Of a stretch of DNA of 64,000 nucleotides, positions 19,957-30,200 are shown one piece after another. The notes under the pieces were generated by a model. The model was given only the letters and a program-made list of their open reading frames with translations. It was not told the origin of the DNA and made no database searches. The translations under genes were made by a program, and so were the position numbers. Positions within the stretch are counted from its first letter, which is position 1. The number at the start of each line of letters is the position of its first letter. The DNA lies in NCBI GenBank assembly GCA_963752595.1, contig CAVVYZ010000002.1, forward strand, positions 308,745 to 372,744. Reading direction: 5' to 3'. Source of the stretch: an uncultured delta proteobacterium (GTDB lineage: Bacteria > Desulfobacterota > Desulfomonilia > UBA1062).

Positions 19957-21675
19957 GTCAGTGACCGATCCTTCTCCAGTTGCTCGACCAGCCGCTCCAG
20001 CTCTCTAAGGCGCGCATGATCGCCGAGTCTAGGCTCGCGTTCCTCGCCTTCACGTGGTTCATAATCATCCAGTGTCAACCGGTATGTATTGCCGAAAACA
20101 AACTCCCCTGTGTCTCCTCTCTGTTCCTCACGGCTTATGTGGATGATCAGGCCTCGGGCAGCAAGGACGGCCAGGTGACCTTCAATTGCCTGGGGGTTTC
20201 TTCTGAGAGGTCCTACTTGGAGGTATTCGCTCAATCGCTGTGCAGTGAAATAACGGGCATAAGAAACACCGCCCACCATGCGTTTGATCTCGCTGAGCAG
20301 GAGCCTCTGCTCGCGGTTGAGTTCAGCATAGATACCGTCCGTACGATCCTGTAGGAGTTCTTCAATCTCCTGAATCATCGTACGACGCCAACGGGACAAT
20401 CTGGCTCCTGTCTCTTTAAGGACTGCGTCACGCTCACGTGCCTCGATAACGAGCTTGTCTCGATTAGCTTCCCGCCATTCAGCGGTGAGTCGGCCGGAGA
20501 AGGCGTGGGCGGAGAGGGATTTATTCATTTGTATTATCATTTGATTACTTGTAGTAGAAGCTTCTTTGATGTTACGGATTTCTTCGCAGGAAATTCGGAA
20601 ACGTTCAATTAGCTCCGTTGAAAACTCTGGCATATCGAGAGTCTTTAAAGCTTCTAGCGTGAGTCCTTCTGTGTTAGCGCCTCGAGCACGAGAAAGAATG
20701 CGACCGAGCTGTGCTTGTAATGAGTATACTATTAACTCTGGAGTTATGCCAGAGGTGGGCATCAGTCCTTTGATGTCTTGCCCAAAGCACATTGGAACTT
20801 GAGTAATAGCAATAGGAAGTGTGTGTGCCAAAATTTTACTTTTTACTACAACCATCACGGTTCCTTTGGGCACAACATTTGTTGCACTTGACTGCACAGC
20901 TTCTTCTGTGACGTGTTCCTCTGTATCATCAAGATAAAGCCTCTTAATATCCTTAGATGTTGCCCAAGGAATTTCCCCTGAATAAAAGTGTTCAATTCTC
21001 CTGCTGGGGGTTCCCCCTCCTACAATCTTCACCAAATCACCCAATTTAGGGCCACCCTTCCATTCAGATGGGGCGCCGAAAATTGCATCAAACATTGCCG
21101 GGAGCAAGTTCGGCGGTTTTGGCTTCAGCTTCTGTGAGGAGGCGGCGGATTTTCTCGACCTCTTGTAAAATCTCCACAATCTTTTGCTGCTCACTTAGGG
21201 GCGGAAGGGGGATGCGGAGTTTTGCTAGATCTGACGTTCGCAAGGATGGATAGGCTGGGTCCAAAGCCAGCTTCATCATATCCAGTGTGCATGTTAGATG
21301 ATAAAGGTACTCGGGATTGATCAGTGGGCCAGACACAAGCACTGCAAGATGGCTCACCACATAGGATGGCTCGTTTAGCAACGCACGTTTGTTGAGCGCA
21401 ACGGATGCTCCACTTTTTGGAATCAGCAGAGATCCAGCGGGCCAATTACGGAGACGATGCTTTTCTAGAGCTAAGTCGTTTAAGCGATCTGCTGTTGTCT
21501 TGATGTATGGGATTTGACAACGCCCAACATCCTGCATGCGCACAAATGGGTATGTTCCCCCTGCAAAAAAAGCGCCGCCCTGTGGTGCTCCATTTCCAGC
21601 ACCTACTTCGCAAATGGCTCCAAGGGCAACTAACGGCCAGGTTGAGGGTATGGTGTTCTGAGACGCCTGCATCAC
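19953..21675 (-). CDS. hsdS: Type I RM specificity subunit with C-terminal extension (one frameshift near 21105)
   Basis: Two TRDs (W..V.LG.IC..; GGGTPSR..Y.GEIPW), IPLPPLSEQQKIV, AFSGRLTAEWRE. Confidence 0.9.
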
Positions 21676-24185
21676 TTCACCTCAATAAGGTTAAGAAGTT
21701 TTCCAAGCCTCTTCTGCACCTCACCGTGGATGGCCTGAAGCTCACCGATGAGTTCGGCGGGCGGGCGATGCTGGCCGGCGTCGAAGACGAAGGGCTTGTG
21801 GCGTCCGGCGGAGAGGTTGAAGTCAAGGGCTTCGAGGCAATCGGGATCGAGGCGGTCGAGGAATTCTTTCTTCACCGTGGCATCGTCATCGAAGACCTTC
21901 AGGGTGTCACGTAGCCAGGAGAGATAGTCGGGATCGATGATGCCGTCCTGGTGCGTGGGTCTGGCGATTGGTTCTTGGGTCTCGGGGTCTTCACCCCAGC
22001 TTTCCAACTCCGCCCATTGGCGGACAGGGACGATCCAACTGAGCAGCGTCGGCTCGCGCTTGGACTCGCCCTCGTCGGACGGGGTGAGTTTCCCGCCTCG
22101 TGGTTGGATTCGAGGCTGCGCCGCCAGACATTGTAGCCATCGAGCTTGGCGAATTCGGTGAGAAGCGGCGTGAGGGCCTCGGCGGCCTGATCCACATCGG
22201 GCTCGGCAGGCGGTCTTCGGCTTCTTGTCTGGGAACGGGACGGCGGCAGCCCATTCCTTTACCTTGGCGGTCATTTCCTTGAGTACGGTCTTGAGGGCGT
22301 TCTGGCCGAACTGATCGAATTCGCGGTCGAGCAGGCCGCCATCGCGGACCTTCTTGTTCAGTTGGTTGGCCACTGACTTGACGTTTTTCTCGGCGGCGGC
22401 AAGGGCTTTTCCGCATCGGGTTTGCGAGCGGTAGCGTAGGCATGTATGATAGTCTGCTCGACAAGGGTTGCTGATTGTCTTCTCGAACTTGGGTCGGACG
22501 CGGGCGAGCACGACATCGTCATACTGGCGTGAGCCGCGTGAGTCAGCAGGGTCGAAGCGGAAAGTCCTGCGGCCATAGTTCGTGCAGCGGATAGGTATGG
22601 CCTTTGTCGCCGGACTTGTCAGGGAAGATTTTCAGGAATTCGTCATCCACGCTGCGCCAGCGTTCCTCCCAGTAGTCGGGCTGGTGGTAGTCCTTGGCTG
22701 TGGCGGCGGCACGGAGGGCGGCAAGGGTTTGGCCTTTCTTGTCCTCGGCCTCCCCTTGACGGTAGCGGTTCCAGGCGTCGAATTTGACCAGGGCATCCCA
22801 GAGGTCGTTGTCCTGGCCGTAGAGGGCCTTGCGTTTCTGGTCAAGTGAGAAGGCTTCGTCAGTGACCTCGTAAAACCAGACTTCGCGGGTGCGGGGTTCG
22901 GACCCTGCAGCCACGGGTTCGCCCGCTTTCTGGAAGAGCAGGATGGAGGTCTTCACGCCCGAGTAGGGCTGGAACATGTTGGCCGGGAGGGAGACGACGG
23001 CTTCGAGGGTGTTCTCGAATAGGAGCTGGCGGCGCAGCTCCCGGTGGGCCTTGGTGGCGCCGAACAGGACGCCATCCGGCACGATGACGGCGGCGCGCCC
23101 GCCGATCTTGAGCAGGTCGAGCATGAGCCAGACGAAGAGCAGCTCGCTCTTGGTGGTTAGTGGACCGCTGCCTTTGCCGGAACGCGGGAAACGGCCTGCG
23201 GTTCTCGCTGAGGTCGCCTTCGTCCACACTGCCGGTGAAGGGAGGGTTGGCGAGGATGTAGTCGTAGGTGCCGCTTTCGTCGTCTTTAAGCCGCTTGCTA
23301 AGCGAGTCGAGCTGATGGATCTCGGGTGACTCCAAGTCGTGGAGGATGAGGTTCATCCAGGCGATGCGGACCATGGTGCGGTCGTTGTCGTAGCCGTGGA
23401 AAAGGGAGCTGAAATTGAACTGTTGCGCCTTCGGGCCAGACGGGAAGGACATCGTGCGGTGTGCCGTCCCATTCGAGGCGGAGTACGTCCTTGTCGGTGT
23501 GCTGGGCCTTCCAGTGGAGAAGTGAGTTGAGCAGGAAGCCGCCGGAGCCGCAGGCTGGATCAAGGATGGTCTTGCCCAGCTCAGGCTTGAGCAGCTGCAC
23601 CATGAAGCGGATGACATGGCGCGGGGTGCGGAACTGGCCGTTCTTGCCGGACTCCTTCACCTCTTCGAGCAGATACTCGAAGATATCGCCCATGATGTCG
23701 GAGTTGACCGAGCGGGTGTCGAGCTGGCGGAAGAGATCATCGATAAGGCTGACGGCGCGCTTGAGGGTCTCGGTCTTGTTGACGTCGAGGATGAAGTAGG
23801 CATCGCTCAGACGGCCGGATATGCGGCCGAGGGTTGTGTTACCGTTCTGGGCAGGGCCTACGCGATCTTCCAGGCTGCGGAGCCACGGAAATACTGTTTC
23901 ATTGAGCAGCGGGAAGGAGGGATTCTGCCTGATGTAAGACCAGCGGCATTTCTCGTAGTTAGGTGGTGTTGTCTTTTCTTTCTCGTGCTTTTTCTTTTCC
24001 TCGTCTGTTAATGCGTAGATGGAGGTCCTTCCGGCTCCGACCCTTGTTCGGTCGAGGGCTTCCAATTGCCTGATGAACAGTAGATAGGTTATCTGTTCAA
24101 TGGCTACAAGCGGGTTAGACAGACCTGAGGACCAGAAGAGCGACCAGAGGTCGTGGACTTTACGTCGAAGTTGGGGTGAGAGCAT
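21672..24185 (-). CDS. hsdM: Type I RM N6-adenine methyltransferase with large insertion (several frameshifts)
   Basis: NPL..IEQITYLLF, GQFRTPRH, DPACGSGGFL, ANPPF, GRAAVIVPDGVLFG, FNLSAGRHKP. Confidence 0.9.
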
Positions 24186-24194
24186 ATGCGTTCC

Positions 24195-26955
24195 TTATGC
24201 GGCAATAGCCGTGACAAGTTCGAGGAGCTCGTTAAGGTCTGATTTTTCGAACAACTGTTCAGGATCTCCGATTGTAGAAAACGGCGGTTTCCGTCAGTGA
24301 TACAAGGGAAGTTATCCTTGCCTTCTGCATTACGGCTTTCCGCAATGTCCGCACGAACATGAGCTGGGTTGCCGTGAGCTGGGGATGACTGCGAACCCAC
24401 TCGTCAAAAGCCTGAGAGATAGTTTCCTCACGTGATGGAAGTGAGGCCACATTGAGTATATGGCGGAGGAAATCGGCCAGGCTTGCCTTGGGCTGGTGAT
24501 AGACTTCGCGCAGTCGTTCCTCAGTTACGAAGAGATCAGGACCGTTCAGTGCTGCGGCGATGGCATCAATGTCTTCGGGTGTGAGCTCCTCGCCCCTCCG
24601 GAGTCTCTGCAGTGCCGGGTTATCACCAGCGATGTCCTTGACAAGTGCCTCCACCTGGGCACGGTATGTTTCTGCAAAGGCACCCTCCCCGGATGGTCCG
24701 TAGATAATCCAGTGGCGCCTCTTGATCTGATCGGGAAGAGAGAGGCGAACAAAGGTGCCGGGAGGGCGACGGTTCCGAAACCTCATGAGCGGTGCAAAGG
24801 TTTCCTGCAGTTCCATGATGCGGGGGCAGGAAAGATTGCCCCAGAATGCAGCTGTCTGAGCAGCGGTGAGGGATTCAAGATGCCGTTGCACTTCAGGGAT
24901 GTTTGTTGGGAGTAGCGAAAGGTGTTCTGTAATTCGCTCACGAAGCTTATCGATTTCTCCGGCATCTGCCTTGAGATATGCGAGTGCGAGATGCTCGGTT
25001 TGATTTTCAAACTGAAGCTCCGGATACGAGCCGACAGTGGAGAAGCGTAACAGAGGCGCAATAGTGTGGGAAAAATGCGATATCCTTTCGTCTGTCAGGT
25101 CTTTCCATGGTTCGTCACTGCCTGCGAGAAACCGAATTTCTTCCGCATGCGGGGCAACGTTGATATTATCGAGGGGCAACGTGCCTACAAGATCACGAAG
25201 CTGGCGGACAGTGTATTCCATGGAAACGATGTCAGACCGGCCGGTGAGGATCTGAAGTTTTTCCAGGCGAAGACGGAACAGACGGGAAGGCAGCGGCTCG
25301 GAAACAGAACCAGTGCGGCCGTCTTTGTTTACCTGGAAATAATCAAAGTTGTTCCAGTGGTCGATGACGAGAAAGTCGGCTTTCTTTTTGCCAGTGAGAG
25401 GATCAGTCCAGGTGCGGGTGCCGCGGCCGAGCATCTGCCAGAACTTCACCTTGCTGAAGACTGGTTTGGCAAAAACAAGGTTGCGTAAAGAGGGCACATC
25501 AATGCCGGTATCGAGCATGTCAACGGAGACGGCAATTCGGGGAAAATCCTTGTTCTTGAAATCGTCGAGGGTTTTTTCAGCACGCTCCATCTGACTATCA
25601 ATGACCTTGGCAATGCCCTTCCGTTGCAGGTCAGGGTAGAGGCGGTTAAAGCTCTTATAGAGTTCCAGGGCATGCTTGTGGGATACGGCAAAGATGATAG
25701 TCTTGGAAGGTAATGTTCCCACGGCATCTTTAATGGCATTATCCATAAACTCCCTGACAATGGCGTCATTTGTGCCGGTGTTTGTGACCTTCCGCTCAAG
25801 ATCGGACCCCTCAAAACTGAACTGTTCAGGATCGACGCCTTGTTCAAGAACCTGCTTTTTCACTTCGTCGGGCAGGTCGCCTGGTTTCATGCCCTCGATC
25901 TGGAATCCGGTGCGGGCGACATGGACGGGACGATAGGGGACCAAGTATGTGTCTCGCACTGCTTCATCGTAGCCATAGTAAAATGTCGGGCTGTCTTTTG
26001 GGCATTCGAAAAGCTTGAACGTATCATGGTCGATGAAGTCGGTCGGTGTAGCAGTAAGCCCAAGAAGCAGGGAATCGAAGTGATCGAAAATCCCACCGTA
26101 GCTCTTTTTCTCATAGATCGAACGGTGACTTTCATCTGCGATTATCAGGTCGTAGTAGCCAGGTGAGAGCCGTTGGTAAAGCGACATCATTCCGGGGTAT
26201 GTAGCAAAATGAATTTGTGCGTCTTTGTCGATAGCCCCTCCTTCTATCCATGATCTGGGGGCGCCGGGCAGGTGCTCCTTGAATGCGCCTAATGCCTGCT
26301 TCACAAGCTCACGGCGGTCAGCGAGAAAGAGGACACGCTGGATTCGTTCCTGGCGTTGGAGCAGTTCAACTAGGGCCACAGCGACGCGGGTCTTACCGGT
26401 CCCGGTGGCAAGAACCATGAGGAAACGCCTCTGGGAAGCTTCTATACGCTCGGCAATGGTCTTGACCGCCTCTATTTGATAAGCACGATCGATAATGCGA
26501 TCGAGTGGCATTGTGCCAGTGAGCTTTTGTCCGAACTTGTCGAGGTGGGCAAGTCGCAGGAGGTCTTCCTCTGCAAAGAATCCGCTTACCTTTCTTGGAG
26601 GATAGAGATTCCGATGCCAAAACCAGATTTCATCACCGTTGGCCAGAAAGACAAAAGGGTCAATGCCGTGTTTTGTTCGAAGCGCATCAGCATAGTCTGC
26701 TGCCTGACGTTCACCTTCAAGGGGATCTCTGCTGGAACGCTTTGCTTCGACAATGGCAAGCGGTCGGCTGAGATGATCCAATAATGCGTAGTCAGCAAAC
26801 TCATTTTTGATGCCGTAAACGCCTTCCGGTTCGCGCACCATGGAGGTAGTCTCGATGAGGAACTCTTCAATCAGGCGCCGACTTCCTATGGCCCAACCGG
26901 CACGACCGAGTTGACGGTCGATTTTTTCCTGACGAGTCTTGCTTTCAAAGTCCAT
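24195..26955 (-). CDS. hsdR: Type I RM restriction subunit (EcoAI/EcoEI-like; frameshift near 24295)
   Basis: ADY.L..IVEAK nuclease, LATGTGKT, DESHRS, GLTATP, MLDTGIDVP, QMLGRGTR. Confidence 0.93.
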
Positions 26956-27236
26956 TGATTAGAATACCCTAATATTAAACATATCAAAAACTGTAATGCT
27001 TATTTCATTCTCATATCTTGGTGAAAGGAAACAATGCAGCAATCTAAATACAACTTACCACAATTCTCTTATTTTATCACATGCAGATCTCTCATTTCAG
27101 GAATGGATTATATTGAGATCATAGTACCCAGTTAGGATCAAAATAAATAAGGAGCTTACTGTCATTATAGATATTGAAAGAATTTGTGCAAAACGTGTGC
27201 AACCTACCTGCAAACATAGGCCAGGCCATGTGAAGA

Positions 27237-27266
27237 GGGGGTTCGATTCCCCCCGCCACCATTAAC
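27237..27266 (+). repeat. attR (displaced ssrA fragment with 3-bp deletion)
   Basis: GGGGGTTCGATTCCCCCCGCC---ACCATTAAC, identical to attL except for missing TCC. Confidence 0.9.
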
Positions 27267-27388
27267 CATTTATTATCATTAATCTTCTCCAAGAAACCTG
27301 CGCCGCAAAGCAGGAACATATGAAGAGCACTGAATATTGGCTATGCCGTAGTCTGTTTTTGATCTCTACAGACATGTTCAGCCGGTGT

Positions 27389-29206
27389 TTACCGGATCGG
27401 GTTTTCCGCCAGGGATATGGCCCATGCTGCGTTGACCAGGCCGATATGGCTCAACGCCTGAGGATAATTGCCGAGGGATTCGCCGGTGCGTGGGTCTATT
27501 TCTTCGGAGAGGAGGCCGACGTCGTTTACAAATACGGCTGCCCTCTCGAATACCTCTTTTGCGTGTTCGACCTTTCCTGCCAGGGCAAGTGCGTGGGAAA
27601 GCCAGAACGTGCAGGTGAGAAAAGTTCCTTCCGCGCCCTCCAGGCCGTCGGGGGATTTGTAGCGGTATACAAGCCCATGGGAATCGGTTAATCCTTTTTC
27701 AATCGCCTCGATCGTGGAAAGCATGCGCGGATCATCCCCTTTGAGGAAGCCGACAACAGGCATCATCAGGGTCGAGGCATCAAGATCGTCACCGTCAAAG
27801 GTCTGGGTAAAGGCACCTAATTCATGATTCCATGCATATGATAAAATGGAGTTTTTAATAGTTTCTCTGGTCTTTTTCCAGGAAGGCACCCGGTCGTTCG
27901 CCCCGATCAGGTCTGCCAGTGCGATGGCCCTGTCAAGAGCGACCCAGCACATCAGCTTGGAGTAGGTAAAGTGTTTCGCCGGGCCGCGGACCTCCCAGAT
28001 TCCCTGATCCCGTTTCGTCCATGCGAGAGAGGCGATATCGGCCATGTCGGCGAGAATGCCCTGTGTAGCGCTGTCCTGATCCTTGATATAGTCCCGCAGG
28101 AGCAGGGCTGCATCCAGAAGCTCACCATAAATATCAAGCTGCCTTTGCCTCCAGGCTTCATTGCCGACCCTCACAGGAGCACTGTTCCGCCATCCGGATA
28201 GATGAAGCAACTCCCGTTCGCTTAAGTCATGTTCTCCGCCTATCCCAAATACTGTCTGGACATCGAGACCCCGTTTGATATGGGTAAGTACGGCATGGGC
28301 CGTAAAATCAAAGTACTTGATGGATTCATCGGGACAGGCAGCAACCCAGAGTGCATTATGGGTGAAACTTGCATCTCTGATCCAGCAGAACCGGTAGTCC
28401 CAGTTCCTGACTCCTCCTATTGTCTCGGGCAGAGATGTGGTCGGTGCTGCAACGATGGCGCCCGTGGGGTAATAAGTCAAAGCCTGCAGAATCCTGCCGG
28501 AATCTTGCACCATCTCTTTCCAGAGACCCTGATAGTTCTGGTGGAGCTTAGACCAACTGTTCCATGCCCTGAGCGTGCCTTGGAAAAATCGTTTGATCTC
28601 TTCCTCCGGCCAGGGTTGAGGAGACATTCCGGAAGTGCTGCCATATTCCAGAAGGAAAAAATACTCATCTCCTTCATTCATATTGACGTCTGCATGGGCT
28701 GTAAATTCAACATGCTGAAAATCTAACGGCGAGGTAAGGAAGAGGACCGAGGCTCCTCCCTGGGCAAAGATTCCGCTTCCGGTGCCCCGCAGGAGAGGCA
28801 TGACCAGGCCGTACTCAGGACGGGGTGCATACTCGATATGGACAGCGGCACCGCCTTTCAAGCATCGCAATCTCCGGATTAATGCATGGGGTGAACCGGC
28901 GCCGAGTTCATGACCGGTATTGTTCAGGCCTACTGCCAGGAGGTCTTCAAGAACCATATCCCCTCTGTCAGTTTGAAAAGACGTCTGGATGCACATAGTG
29001 TTCTCCAGATACCGTCTTTTTGTCGCCTTTACCCCGATCGGACAGATGCTGAAGTGCCCCCCTTCATGGTCGAGAATCCTGGCGAAAACCGAAGGAGAAT
29101 CGAAACGGGGGAAGGGAAGCCAGTCAATAGAGCCGGATCTGCTCACCAATGCCGCTGTATGGCAGTCGGAAAGGAGTGCATAGTCCGATATGGGAAGGTG
29201 ACCCAT
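27389..29206 (-). CDS. Glycoside hydrolase family 15 (trehalase/glucoamylase-like)
   Basis: AAPTTSLPE..GG.RNWDYR..WIRD, GIWEVRG, LLSEE, GNYPQALSH. Confidence 0.93.
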   Translation of the reverse strand: MGHLPISDYALLSDCHTAALVSRSGSIDWLPFPRFDSPSVFARILDHEGGHFSICPIGVKATKRRYLENTMCIQTSFQTDRGDMVLEDLLAVGLNNTGHELGAGSPHALIRRLRCLKGGAAVHIEYAPRPEYGLVMPLLRGTGSGIFAQGGASVLFLTSPLDFQHVEFTAHADVNMNEGDEYFFLLEYGSTSGMSPQPWPEEEIKRFFQGTLRAWNSWSKLHQNYQGLWKEMVQDSGRILQALTYYPTGAIVAAPTTSLPETIGGVRNWDYRFCWIRDASFTHNALWVAACPDESIKYFDFTAHAVLTHIKRGLDVQTVFGIGGEHDLSERELLHLSGWRNSAPVRVGNEAWRQRQLDIYGELLDAALLLRDYIKDQDSATQGILADMADIASLAWTKRDQGIWEVRGPAKHFTYSKLMCWVALDRAIALADLIGANDRVPSWKKTRETIKNSILSYAWNHELGAFTQTFDGDDLDASTLMMPVVGFLKGDDPRMLSTIEAIEKGLTDSHGLVYRYKSPDGLEGAEGTFLTCTFWLSHALALAGKVEHAKEVFERAAVFVNDVGLLSEEIDPRTGESLGNYPQALSHIGLVNAAWAISLAENPIR

Positions 29207-29226
29207 TCATTCACTCTTGGGGATTC

Positions 29227-30054
29227 CTATCCCCCGGATGCAAAGCCCGGATAAAGCGTCATGCCGCCGTCTACGAACAAGGTGGTGCCGTGGACATAGT
29301 CGGATTCGTCAGATGCAAGCCAGACTGCCGCAGCTCCGATATCCATCGGATCTCCGATGCGGCCCCAGGGGATGAGCTTGATGAGTGATTCGGCCGCCTC
29401 AGGGGTTTCCCATGATTTCCTGTTGATAGGAGTCTTGATCGCTCCGGGAGCAATACTGTTCACCCTTATCCTGTCCGGCGCAAGCTCCTGGGCCATGCTT
29501 TCCATGAGCAGATTTATCCCGCCTTTGGATGCCGCATAATTGCAGTGGTGTGCCCAGGGGATGACCTGATGTACTGAACTGATGAAGATAATTTTCCCTG
29601 CACTGAGTGATTTTTCCGGTTGGATGCCTCTGCGCTTGAATTCACACGCTGCTTCACGGGAACAGAGGAACGTGCCTGTCAGGTTCACATCGATCACCTT
29701 CTGCCAATCCTCAAGGGTCATCTTATCAAATGCTGCATCCCTCTGGATACCGGCATTGTTCACTAGAATATCGACCGTACCGAATTCCCGGACCGCCTGC
29801 CCGAACATTCCCCGGACCTGGTTTTCATTGCTGACGTCTGCTTCGACGGCCATCGCCTTGGCTTTCTTTTTCCCTATTTCCCCGACTACTTCCCCGGCTG
29901 CCTCTTCCTCTCCGCTATAATTCACCACGATATGAGCGCCTTCATCAGCCATGGCGAGCGCAATCCCTCTGCCGATCCCCGAGGATGCTCCGGTTATGAG
30001 GACCACCTGGTTTTTTAAACGGCCGGCACAGGCCGGACGGCTGAAACACGGCAT
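29227..30054 (-). CDS. Glucose 1-dehydrogenase (SDR)
   Basis: TGASSGIG, NNAG, SSVHQVIPW..NYAASKGG, DGGMTLYPGF. Confidence 0.88.
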   Translation of the reverse strand: MPCFSRPACAGRLKNQVVLITGASSGIGRGIALAMADEGAHIVVNYSGEEEAAGEVVGEIGKKKAKAMAVEADVSNENQVRGMFGQAVREFGTVDILVNNAGIQRDAAFDKMTLEDWQKVIDVNLTGTFLCSREAACEFKRRGIQPEKSLSAGKIIFISSVHQVIPWAHHCNYAASKGGINLLMESMAQELAPDRIRVNSIAPGAIKTPINRKSWETPEAAESLIKLIPWGRIGDPMDIGAAAVWLASDESDYVHGTTLFVDGGMTLYPGFASGG

Positions 30055-30200
30055 AGATACACCTTTTTCTGGTACATAAATGTTGGAGCACTGAAAAAAT
30101 GAAGCCTTCGGAGACAGTATGCGAGTGCTCCCTAAAAGACGGTTTTAAGCCTCTCGTAAGAGTGATGATAGGCGCAGATGAGGAATTCACAAGGCAGGAA

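Larger units (their letters stand above)
16037..27266. mobile_element. tmRNA-integrated genomic (defence) island with degenerate integrase
   Basis: Bounded by a direct repeat of the ssrA 3' end; integrase remnant at left end; RM and nuclease cargo; AT-rich ends. Confidence 0.9.

Noticed and set aside
21672-24185. Programmed frameshifting or phase variation in hsdM
   Set aside because: The breaks do not obviously fall in long simple repeats, and similar breaks occur in unrelated genes; artefact or decay is simpler.
16065-27236. Retron or CRISPR array associated with the Septu-like pair or the RAMP motif
   Set aside because: No reverse transcriptase motifs, msr-msd-like inverted repeats, repeat-spacer array or cas genes are visible.
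27237-27262. tRNA gene
   Set aside because: Only a T-arm/acceptor fragment that duplicates the ssrA 3' end; it is attR.
27389-30054. GH15 and glucose dehydrogenase as island cargo
   Set aside because: They lie outside attR and form a commonly seen gene pair.
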